A stretch of 24,996 nt of DNA, taken from positions 1 to 24,996 of the forward strand of contig JBCBUK010000028.1 of NCBI GenBank assembly GCA_039818205.1, given 5' to 3'. The notes beneath the pieces are model-generated. The model worked only from the letters and a program-made list of their open reading frames with translations, searched no databases and was not told the origin of the DNA. Each line of letters starts with the position of its first letter. Position 1 is the stretch's first letter. Position numbers and translations under genes: made by a program. This DNA comes from Verrucomicrobiota bacterium. Lineage in GTDB: Bacteria; Verrucomicrobiota; Verrucomicrobiia; Opitutales; Cerasicoccaceae. This document shows positions 8,070-15,991 of this stretch, piece after piece.

Positions 8070-8474
8070 ATGAAAAAATACAGCCAAGATAATGAAATTT
8101 TTCGTGAAGATGCGCCTGAAGACGCTCTTGAGCAAATTTGGGATTCTCCACACCGCAACCTAAAGCCTGGTGATGTTGTTACAGTATATGGTGGAACCGT
8201 CATCTTCTCCAAGGCATCCAGCTATGCACCCGATGTGGCGGAATACATGATGAATAACGCTAACGATGAGCATAGCGAAATCGCAGATGGTTGGGATTTC
8301 TCAAAAGAGGAAGAAGACTCACTTCAATCGGAAGTCTGTGCAGTAATTGATGCGTGGTGTGACAAGCGTGATATGCATCCTAAATTCGGACACATGGTAG
8401 ATGTCCACGAGTTGAAATATCTACTCAAAGACGGATTCGGAACCTTTGAACTAATCTTTGATAGCAGCAAGTGA
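8070..8474 (+). CDS. Hypothetical acidic phage protein
   Basis: ATG 8070 with AAAGGA upstream. The stop overlaps the helicase start. Confidence 0.8.
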   Translation: MKKYSQDNEIFREDAPEDALEQIWDSPHRNLKPGDVVTVYGGTVIFSKASSYAPDVAEYMMNNANDEHSEIADGWDFSKEEEDSLQSEVCAVIDAWCDKRDMHPKFGHMVDVHELKYLLKDGFGTFELIFDSSK

Positions 8475-9643
8475 TGCAACTTGACCCAACACAACTAGAC
8501 GCCGTGGCACATGCGGTTGGCAACCGCTTTTCAGTGATCACTGGCGGAGCAGGAACCGGCAAAACGACAATAATTAAGGAAATGGTTGATAACCTCAAAG
8601 CCGAGAAAAAGCCCGTTCACCTTTGCGCGTTCGCGGGCAAGGCATCAGCCCGCCTCAAGGAAGCAACAGGCCGCGAAACATCCACCATTCACCGTTTGCT
8701 TGGCTACAATGGCGTGAAATTCATGAACCCAACTTTGCAGGGCTCAACCGTGATCGTGGATGAAGCGTCCATGGTTGATAGCGAATTGATGGCGGCGATT
8801 ATCACTCGCAAGCCCGATCGCCTGATCCTGGTTGGCGATGAAGCGCAGTTGCCGCCCGTTGGCAAGGGCCAGCCATTTCATGATATCATCGCTGAAGCGC
8901 CCAAGCTCGTTTACAACCTGACTAAATGCTTTCGGAATCGAGAGGCCGTTTTCAAAGCGGCAACGGCCATTCGCAATGGTGATTCAATTCTTGATCAGGA
9001 TCAATCTCCTGGCGAGCGTTGGAGCATCCTTGAGACCGGCAACGCGCAACAGACACACGATTACATTTTGTCGCTCGTTCAGCAGGGAGCTTTCGATTTC
9101 AATCAAGACATTATCCTTTGCCCAAAGAATGGCGACAGCGAGGCGGACCCGTGCACCGTCAAATCGCTCAATGATGATATTGCCGAAATCATCAATCCGC
9201 GCAAGCCAGATGACGGCGCTATCAAAGTTGGCGATCGCATCATCAATACCAAGAACGTTGCCGAAAAGGACATCTGGAACGGCACGACAGGCACCGTTCA
9301 CGCCATCGGCCAAAGGGGCGATGTTCATATTGATCTAGACGTCCCAACCGATGAGAACGAAGGAACGGTTCACCTAACCAGAGATGAGGCCAAGAATCTC
9401 AAGCTTGCCTATGCGCTCACTGTCCACAAGTCGCAGGGGTCGCAATATCGGCGCGTCATGTTCGTAGCCCTTGGCCGCGATCAGCACGCGCTTCTGACAC
9501 GATCATTGATCTATACAGCCGTCACGAGAACGCGGGAGATGTGCGCCGTTGTTGGCGAGCATCGAGCATTTCAAAAAGGGCGCATGAAGGTGACGAGTAA
9601 GCGCACTGTGATCCAAGAACTTTCAAAACAGGAAGCGGCGTAA
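8471..9643 (+). CDS. recD2: RecD2-family SF1B helicase motor (C-terminal half)
   Basis: ITGGAGTGKTT, STIHRLL, IVDEASMVD, LVGDEAQLPPVG, IWNGTTG, LAYALTVHKSQGSQY, LIYTAVTR. Confidence 0.95.
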   Translation: MMQLDPTQLDAVAHAVGNRFSVITGGAGTGKTTIIKEMVDNLKAEKKPVHLCAFAGKASARLKEATGRETSTIHRLLGYNGVKFMNPTLQGSTVIVDEASMVDSELMAAIITRKPDRLILVGDEAQLPPVGKGQPFHDIIAEAPKLVYNLTKCFRNREAVFKAATAIRNGDSILDQDQSPGERWSILETGNAQQTHDYILSLVQQGAFDFNQDIILCPKNGDSEADPCTVKSLNDDIAEIINPRKPDDGAIKVGDRIINTKNVAEKDIWNGTTGTVHAIGQRGDVHIDLDVPTDENEGTVHLTRDEAKNLKLAYALTVHKSQGSQYRRVMFVALGRDQHALLTRSLIYTAVTRTREMCAVVGEHRAFQKGRMKVTSKRTVIQELSKQEAA

Positions 9644-9654
9644 ATGAAGACAAT

Positions 9655-9702
9655 TATTAACGACGAGTCCTTGCGGTCGTCGCAAGGGACGGCGGGTTAG
9701 GC
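9655..9702 (-). other. attC-like integron cassette recombination site (48 bp)
   Basis: Minus strand reads R'' GCCTAAC, 5 nt, L'' GTCCCTTG (extra C), CGACGACCG, L' CAAGGAC, 5 nt, R' GTTAATA. Confidence 0.65.
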
Positions 9703-10012
9703 AAGAATATTGAAAGGTCAAAAAATGATACGTGTAAACTATAGCGAATGCAAAAAAGCCGGTATCGATGATGACGAAGTGAGGAAAATCGCTGCCTGCT
9801 TTCAGCGGGCCATGCTCCGGGCTGATAAGCTTGGCATCAGTGTTTTTGGCGGCTCCAGCCAACTTACCCTTCGTGTTAATGGTTCGGAGCTAGAGGGCGA
9901 ACAGCATATGGGCGGCCAGTTGATCGTGGGTGAGATGGACGGTTGCGTTGTGTCTGGTGGATGTGGCGCCCAAGGGCCAGGGCCGGACGGATTAATTCGT
10001 GGTGAAGCCTAA
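9661..10012 (-). mobile_element. Putative integron gene cassette (352 bp) inserted in the phage
   Basis: Begins G|TTAGGC on the minus strand at 10013/10012, exactly complementary to R'' GCCTAAC of the attC at the other end. It contains exactly one ORF. Confidence 0.6.
9725..10012 (+). CDS. Hypothetical protein carried in the putative cassette
   Basis: ATG 9725 with GAAAGG upstream. The TAA stop lies inside GCCTAAC. Confidence 0.8.
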   Translation: MIRVNYSECKKAGIDDDEVRKIAACFQRAMLRADKLGISVFGGSSQLTLRVNGSELEGEQHMGGQLIVGEMDGCVVSGGCGAQGPGPDGLIRGEA

Positions 10013-10074
10013 CTGTGATTAGATGGAAACTGTTCCATATAAGGCAGCAATAACCGGGCAAAGGAAGAACGCAA

Positions 10075-10743
10075 ATGAAACCAGATTCACAGATTGAGCG
10101 CGTGCTAGATCAGGCTGATTCAGTTGATCTACAAGAAGGCTTGGAAGCTTATTTTAATTACCACCGAACCTTGAAGCTAATCGCCGATGAACACGGGATT
10201 GATGTTCGCCGCGTGTGCGGATGCTTTGCCGCCCTAAGCCCGAATTCTGATTACTTTGGCAATCTTCGCTCAACGCTTACCTTGTGCATCGGTTTCGCCA
10301 ATGGCCTAAAATCCGAATCATGCACGGTTACTACTTACAATGTGAATCGCGAAAAAGCATGGCGTATTTTAAATGGTGAACATTTCTTTTCCGTGTTTCG
10401 CGGTCTAAAAGTCCGCAACTTTTTCCTGAATCTCTCCGAGCCCGATCACCCCGAAGCGGTCACGATTGACGGTCACATGATGAATGTTGTTCACGGATCG
10501 CCAAGAACGATGCATCAAAGTTCGGTTACGCCATCGGGATACGTTCGGGTAGCCAAGGCATTCTCAAGGGTCGCAGCAAAGCGCGGTATGCTACCAAGCC
10601 AATCACAGGCGATTGCTTGGTTCACATGGAAGCGAATTCACAACATCGTTTATGACGGTCAGGTAGACATGTTTCGCGAAGGAAACCAGTGGCGCAACTT
10701 TGTTCCGATTGAAGAAATTAAACCCTTTCGAATAAGTGCATGA
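10075..10743 (+). CDS. HhH-GPD glycosylase-like phage protein (DUF7178-like)
   Basis: FAALSPN, GLKVRNFFLNL, AVTIDGHM (VDxH-type catalytic Asp), PSQSQAIAWFTW. Confidence 0.7.
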   Translation: MKPDSQIERVLDQADSVDLQEGLEAYFNYHRTLKLIADEHGIDVRRVCGCFAALSPNSDYFGNLRSTLTLCIGFANGLKSESCTVTTYNVNREKAWRILNGEHFFSVFRGLKVRNFFLNLSEPDHPEAVTIDGHMMNVVHGSPRTMHQSSVTPSGYVRVAKAFSRVAAKRGMLPSQSQAIAWFTWKRIHNIVYDGQVDMFREGNQWRNFVPIEEIKPFRISA

Positions 10744-13130
10744 TTACTGCAATAGATTTTTATGATAAAGATGACGTCCTTCCGCGATGCGGTAATTGCC
10801 TTTCCTGGCTCAAATACATTGGCGTTGAAGTCCACAATGGGCGATGCGCTGCGATCTGGCGAAATGGTGACAACCCGAGCGCGGTTGCTGTGTCTGCTGA
10901 CCAATGGTATGACCATGTTTCCAATGAGGGCGGCGGACTGGTTGAGCTTGTTCAGGCAACCAAGCTCGACGGAATACGAGATGCGAAATCAGATCCGGGA
11001 TACTTCAACAAAACGCTAGCCATTCTCGCCGAGTGGGCGGGCGTGCAGCCTCGCCAGAAGCGCCGCGTTGTTTCCGAGGGCTACAACCCAATACAGGCCT
11101 TGCTTGATGACGGATACATCGAGACGAAGCGCTATCTGTATCAAGATGACGCCGGGAACGTAATCTATCACAATGCGCGATTTGAGCACCCCGACAAAGC
11201 CAAAGAGTTTCGCCAGGGCACGCCGGATGGAAAATGGACAGTTAAGGGCATTGAGCCTTTACTGTATCGCTGGAATGATTCCGCAAAATCTTCTTCATGG
11301 TGCGTCATTGTCGAAGGCGAGAAGGACGTTGATACGCTAGTTGATCGCGGCGTTCCTGCAACCAATGGGCGAACAGCTTCAAAATGGAGCCAAGACACTC
11401 TGAATCGATTCGCCGGAAAGGATGTGTGCATTATTCGCGATAACGATGATGCGGGATCCGACAAGGGCAAGATTGTTGCAGCCCGCCTAAAGGGAATCGC
11501 CAAGAGCGTCAGAATGGGCGCGATATCTGGGCTTCCCAAAGGCGATGTGACTGATTGGTTCGAGAAGGAGTCAGGCGACATGACCAGGCTATTCGCCTGG
11601 ATGCACAAGCTACCCGAGCTCGACCTATCAAAGGAGGAATTCAGCGAGACACGCGCAATTGCCAAAGAGGCAAACCGATTCCCGTTCTCAAATTACATTT
11701 CGGTCAAGGTCACAAATCATCTAGGCAAAGAGAAGACGGAAAAGAAGCCGCGCCACATTAACGATATGGTGAAGGACATCTACAAGCGCTTCATGGACTT
11801 CCCCCGCGTGATCGGTCGCGGTTGCCTATTCGATCACGATCTTGATACTGGCGAAGTTCATATGCTCCATAAGGCGGATCACCTTATCGGCTGGATTGAC
11901 GCAAAGAGCGGCAAGAACTGCTCATTCTCCAATGGTGATAACTTTCGAACAGCCGCGCAGTTATACGATCGGCTTGCACGCGAGGGTATTTCTTATGAGG
12001 CAATCTCCGAGGTGCCAAACTGGCCAAAGCGAAATGATATTTTCTATGCTCATGAGCCGTTGCCCGCACCAACTCCAGGTCATCGCGTATTTGAAGAATT
12101 TGTGAGTATGTTCAATCCGGCTTCGGATGCATACCGGACGATTTTGAAGGCGCTGATTGCCGCGCCTCTCTGGTATGTGCCGCGCGTATCTCGCCCCGGA
12201 TGGATCATTGATAGCGAAGACGGGGCAGGGTGCGGAAAGACGACGATCATTGAAATGGTTGCTCACTTGTATTCCAGCGATCCGATTCGAAGCAATGCGC
12301 AGGAGATGAGGCGGAACTTTGGTGAGGTGATCAAGCGCCTAGTGTCAGCTAGTGGTCGCGGTAAGCGAATATTCCTAATGGACAATGTCACGGGTCAATT
12401 TTCATGCGATGAGTTGGCCGACATGATGACGAGCCAGAGTATCAGCGGCAAGGCCCCTTACGGGCGCGGCGAAGAGACTCGGCCAAATGATCTTGTTTAT
12501 ACTATCACAGCAAATTCCGCGACCGTGGACAATGATTTGGCCGAGCGCTGCTACTTCATCTACGTGAAGCGCCCGGAATGGTCCAAGAACTGGCGGCGGG
12601 ATGTTCTAAAGTTCATTGAAGCGAATCGCATGCAAATTCTAGCTGATATCGTGGACCAACTTGAGAACGGCGAGAAGCGGGCACCGGAAACACGATTTCC
12701 TGAGTTCTGCTCAGAGATCCTAGGGCCGCTATGTGAGAGCGAAGAAGAATTTCGAGCTGCGCTGGTCGCAATGGAAGAAGCTAAGGCGGCGTCCAATGTC
12801 GAAGAAGAGCAAGCCAAGACCATCGAAGATGAATTTCAATCGCGCTTGATCGAGGCTAATTTTCGCCCTGGCAGCGAACACATATTTATACGCAGCGAAG
12901 TCTTGCGAGCATGGCTAGATGACATTTTCCCCGGCGAAAAGAAGGGTGCCCAGTATATCCGAAACCTTGCGAAGAATGACCTTACTCAGCGCTTCGATTC
13001 CAAGCCGCACATCTATCCGCACCATGGGCCAAAGCGGAAAAGGGGCATTATGTGGGTTCCCGAGAGCGCACAAGGCGAGACGGTTCGCATCATCGGTATG
13101 AATGGCCGGAAGACAATAGAGGTCATTTAG
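10740..13130 (+). CDS. Primase-helicase (TOPRIM primase plus P-loop NTPase)
   Basis: VIVEGEKDVDTL and IRDNDDAG (TOPRIM), KGDVTDW, GAGCGKTT (Walker A), FLMDNV (Walker B), ITAN, DLAER. Confidence 0.9.
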   Translation: MITAIDFYDKDDVLPRCGNCLSWLKYIGVEVHNGRCAAIWRNGDNPSAVAVSADQWYDHVSNEGGGLVELVQATKLDGIRDAKSDPGYFNKTLAILAEWAGVQPRQKRRVVSEGYNPIQALLDDGYIETKRYLYQDDAGNVIYHNARFEHPDKAKEFRQGTPDGKWTVKGIEPLLYRWNDSAKSSSWCVIVEGEKDVDTLVDRGVPATNGRTASKWSQDTLNRFAGKDVCIIRDNDDAGSDKGKIVAARLKGIAKSVRMGAISGLPKGDVTDWFEKESGDMTRLFAWMHKLPELDLSKEEFSETRAIAKEANRFPFSNYISVKVTNHLGKEKTEKKPRHINDMVKDIYKRFMDFPRVIGRGCLFDHDLDTGEVHMLHKADHLIGWIDAKSGKNCSFSNGDNFRTAAQLYDRLAREGISYEAISEVPNWPKRNDIFYAHEPLPAPTPGHRVFEEFVSMFNPASDAYRTILKALIAAPLWYVPRVSRPGWIIDSEDGAGCGKTTIIEMVAHLYSSDPIRSNAQEMRRNFGEVIKRLVSASGRGKRIFLMDNVTGQFSCDELADMMTSQSISGKAPYGRGEETRPNDLVYTITANSATVDNDLAERCYFIYVKRPEWSKNWRRDVLKFIEANRMQILADIVDQLENGEKRAPETRFPEFCSEILGPLCESEEEFRAALVAMEEAKAASNVEEEQAKTIEDEFQSRLIEANFRPGSEHIFIRSEVLRAWLDDIFPGEKKGAQYIRNLAKNDLTQRFDSKPHIYPHHGPKRKRGIMWVPESAQGETVRIIGMNGRKTIEVI

Positions 13131-13390
13131 TCGCACACACTGCACACACTGAACACACCTTATTTATCCACAATGAATTAAAAATCGATGAAAATGCACA
13201 CAGTGAACACAGAGCGTTAAACCCGGGGTGTGTGCGTAAATCCCTAGTATTTATCAGGCCTACAGGACTAGAACACATGAACACACTACCCTCTATTATA
13301 GGATTTCTAGGAAAATACATAAAATAAGCAAAAATTTATCCAGATAACTACAATGCAAAAATGCCCGTGTTAGCGTGTTTTTGTGTGCGC
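13131..13390. repeat. Putative replication origin: G(C/A)ACACA iterons, DnaA boxes and AT-rich tract
   Basis: Direct copies at 13133, 13142, 13151, 13196, 13205, 13271 and 13279. Inverted copies at 13227-13235 and 13382-13388. TTATCCACA at 13164-13172. Confidence 0.7.
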
Positions 13391-13407
13391 AGTCGAAAAT
13401 TACGAAA

Positions 13408-14277
13408 ATGCCAGGATCAACCACAGTCGAGCACCCGAAAGAGCAAATTTCGCTGACCTTCACCGAAGACGATCACCGATACGTTGATTCGACCGGCGCG
13501 GAGTATACCAGCGTTACGACGGTCGCAAAAACCGACTTCCCGAAGTTCGATGTCGTGTCAGCTGCGGAGCGTGTCGCCAATCGCGAAGGCTGCACCGTGG
13601 ATGATGTTATTTCGAAATGGGATGCGAACCGCGAGAGCGCGTGCGATTATGGCACACGAGTTCATGAGACCGCAGAAGATGTGCTGAACGGGCTCAAGCC
13701 AAGACATCAGCCCAGGGACGAAAAAGAGCAAATCGCATTTTCCGCCACATGGGACGCCTGCCAAAGGTTGCTCGATCGCTGGGAACTAGTCGAAACCGAG
13801 AAGCTAGTATTTTCACCGCATGCGCGAATTGCCGGAACGCTCGATCTATTGATGCGAGATCCTGAGACTGGCGCTTTCCTTGTGCTCGACTGGAAGACGA
13901 ACAAACAGCTCACATGGGAGGCCTTCAGGGGCACGACAGGAAGCGGGCGCTGCGCAAAGGTGCCAGATGCGAACCTAGCGCACTACAGCGTGCAGCTATC
14001 GCTCTATGAGTTCATTTTGAGGTGGGAAGGCTATTTACCTAAGCCAGAGTATGGTCTGCCGGTCGTTCACCGTGCCTTGATGCACGTAGCGCCTCTGGAT
14101 CCTAGAGTTCATTGGTATGCGCTACCAGATGCGGGCACCGTAGCGCGTGGCCTCTGGGCTAACCATGCCCAATCGCACCGAGGCGGATTGCTCGCGTCAC
14201 TGGCCTATGTCGAACGCCACGGAATCAAGGGCGTAGGCAAAAAGCAAAAGCGCAAAAGAAAGAGCAAAAAAGCTTAG
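13408..14277 (+). CDS. PD-(D/E)XK nuclease (RecB/Cas4-like exonuclease)
   Basis: YTSVTT, GTRVHE, ETEKLV, IAGTLDLL, VLDWKT, HYSVQLSLY. Start re-called at ATG 13408. Confidence 0.9.
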   Translation: MPGSTTVEHPKEQISLTFTEDDHRYVDSTGAEYTSVTTVAKTDFPKFDVVSAAERVANREGCTVDDVISKWDANRESACDYGTRVHETAEDVLNGLKPRHQPRDEKEQIAFSATWDACQRLLDRWELVETEKLVFSPHARIAGTLDLLMRDPETGAFLVLDWKTNKQLTWEAFRGTTGSGRCAKVPDANLAHYSVQLSLYEFILRWEGYLPKPEYGLPVVHRALMHVAPLDPRVHWYALPDAGTVARGLWANHAQSHRGGLLASLAYVERHGIKGVGKKQKRKRKSKKA

Positions 14278-14288
14278 TTGTGGTTATG

Positions 14289-14339
14289 CCCGAATTTCAC
14301 CCGATAAACACCCGTTAGCAACAGGCATATAATTTGATC
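14289..14339 (+). promoter_or_regulatory. Putative promoter with phased CCCG repeats
   Basis: TATAAT at 14328-14333, 6 nt before ATG 14340. CCCG at 14289, 14300 and 14311. Confidence 0.55.
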
Positions 14340-14909
14340 ATGTTTCGAGTTTGGAAAGAAGCGAAAAGCCAACACTGGCGAGCCCAATATTTTGATGGGC
14401 ATGGCAACGATCGAAAATACACGTTGACCTTTGGAAAAGACACCCCGCGCGAAACGGTCGTTGCGGAGACGATGCCAGATGCGGCGCATTACTACGTTTT
14501 ATTTCTCCATCGTGATCAGAACCTATGGCTACGTCTGGAATCAAGAAACTATGACCTGAAGCGGATGTATCAGCGCGTATCTCTGTTTCACGAATACTAC
14601 ACCATTGAGGAATTCGCCTTCGACCTTCGCGAATTGGGCATCACTCCAGTTGAGCCAAAGAAGGCCGTGAATCGGCGACAAAGAGAGAAGCGCTCATACA
14701 AAAGGCTCACAAAGCGCAATCAGAAGTATACCTTCAAAGGGCGCGAACTCACGCTCAAGGAATGGTCTGCGGTATCAAAGATCCCATACAAGGCCTTGCA
14801 AATGCGCATCGCTCGTGGATGGCCAATGGATAAGGCCCTCAATACACCAATCATCAACAAGGAAACGACTGGTAGAATGGGAGCCGAAAGGAGATGGTCA
14901 CACAAATGA
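14340..14909 (+). CDS. Protein with C-terminal HTH of the type appended to phage HNH endonucleases; possible regulator
   Basis: YTFKGRELTLKEWSAVSKIPYKALQMRIARGWPMDKALNTP. No HNH catalytic motif seen. Confidence 0.65.
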   Translation: MFRVWKEAKSQHWRAQYFDGHGNDRKYTLTFGKDTPRETVVAETMPDAAHYYVLFLHRDQNLWLRLESRNYDLKRMYQRVSLFHEYYTIEEFAFDLRELGITPVEPKKAVNRRQREKRSYKRLTKRNQKYTFKGRELTLKEWSAVSKIPYKALQMRIARGWPMDKALNTPIINKETTGRMGAERRWSHK

Positions 14910-15442
14910 TTGAGTTAGATATCAGGAAGGACATCAGGAAGGCCGAGAAGCAATTGGACGCGCATGCGCGTAAGCACATACCAAAGGCTGCTCAATTAGC
15001 CATCAATCGTGCTACGACCAAAACCAGGACGGCTGCGCGCCGCAAGGTGGCCAAGGTCATGAACATTCCACAGAAGCGCATAAAGGACAGCTTCCCGATT
15101 AAGAAGGCTAGCCGTAATAGCCTCATCGCCACAATCAGAGGCGTAGGCAGGCCTATCAAGTTGATTTACTTCAATGGAACTCGACAGCTAAAGAAGGGAG
15201 TTAAGAGCGCGGCATACAACGTCAGGCGCATCTATCGTGGCACATTTATAACGACAGTAGGGGCAGGGCACCGGGGAGCCTTTAGGCGGAAGGGTGATCC
15301 ACGCCTGCCCATCAAAGAGCTGTATGGTCCCAGTGTGCCTAGCGGTATGGAAGACAAGGCTGTTCAGGATGAGATGCAGAAAATAGCGAAGCCAACGTTC
15401 CTAAAAGAATTCAAACGTCAACTGAAACGGTTTATTAAATAA
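14906..15442 (+). CDS. gpZ-like minor tail (tail completion) protein
   Basis: AAQLAINRATTKTRT...RLPIKELYGPSVP, highly basic. Confidence 0.75.
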   Translation: MIELDIRKDIRKAEKQLDAHARKHIPKAAQLAINRATTKTRTAARRKVAKVMNIPQKRIKDSFPIKKASRNSLIATIRGVGRPIKLIYFNGTRQLKKGVKSAAYNVRRIYRGTFITTVGAGHRGAFRRKGDPRLPIKELYGPSVPSGMEDKAVQDEMQKIAKPTFLKEFKRQLKRFIK

Positions 15443-15471
15443 CCTAATATAAAGATATCTTTATGCGTTGC

Positions 15472-15540
15472 GGGTCCTTCTGATGATCAATGACTTACGG
15501 GGGCGCAGCTCGCAAAATGTCGCTAGATTTTAATTTCCGC
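15472..15540 (+). other. Lambda-like cos packaging site (cosQ and cosN)
   Basis: GGGTCCT (15472-15478) equals lambda cosQ. TTACG-GGGGCGCAGCT-CGCAA (15495-15515) resembles lambda cosN, and TCGCTA follows as in lambda. It lies directly upstream of terS. Confidence 0.85.
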
Positions 15541-15559
15541 TAAGGGGGCCACCCCAATA

Positions 15560-15991
15560 ATGACACAACAACAGATAGCAGATCACCTAGGCGTTGACCG
15601 TTCGAACATCTCGAAATGGCTAAAATCGAGGGATATTAAGTCGCCGTATGATCTCGATAAGATTCGCATTCGGTATATCCGCGAGCTCGCCGAGAAGGCT
15701 GGCGGAAGGTTCACAAGCGGAGACCTTGATCCCTTGCAAGAGCGAGCCCGGAAGGACAAGGCAATGGCCGATCGCTACGAGCGAGAGAATGCGGTTGCCG
15801 ATGGCCTGCTTGCAAACCGTGAAGAGATTGAAGACTTTGTGTCTGAGAATAATCGCCGCGCGAAGGTCCGCTTGCTGAAGCTTCCGCGCGACCTAGCAAT
15901 TGCAGTGCCGCGAGAGGTTGCGACTATCGTTGAGGCTGAATCGAAAGCCGTAATTCGTGAAGCGCTGGAAGAGCTTGCAAATGCTATTTGA
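15560..15991 (+). CDS. terS: Terminase small subunit (Nu1-like)
   Basis: N-terminal HTH TQQQIADHLGVDRSNISKW and ERARKDKAMADRYERENAV..GLL coiled coil. It lies between cos and terL. Confidence 0.9.
   Translation: MTQQQIADHLGVDRSNISKWLKSRDIKSPYDLDKIRIRYIRELAEKAGGRFTSGDLDPLQERARKDKAMADRYERENAVADGLLANREEIEDFVSENNRRAKVRLLKLPRDLAIAVPREVATIVEAESKAVIREALEELANAI

Noticed and set aside
8045..8070. Second cassette end (CTCTAAC at the DUF3307 stop)
   Set aside because: No complementary GTTAGAG core and no attC-like hairpin nearby.
7660..8480. Excisable element or intron restoring a fused RecD2
   Set aside because: The N-half has its own TAA before the insert, there are no convincing terminal repeats or intron motifs, and deleting the two genes does not fuse the frames.
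9644..9700. 18-codon ORF or terminator over the hairpin after the helicase
   Set aside because: No U-tract, and the hairpin is better explained as attC. The empty site would give only an 8-aa ORF.
13131..14277. CRISPR array with cas4
   Set aside because: The repeats are 7-9 bp with irregular spacing and both orientations. The nuclease lacks the Cas4 cysteine cluster and no other cas genes are present.
14225..14277. NLS-like basic tail KKQKRKRKSKKA
   Set aside because: Basic tails are common in phage proteins (terL has one too), and nothing suggests a eukaryotic context.
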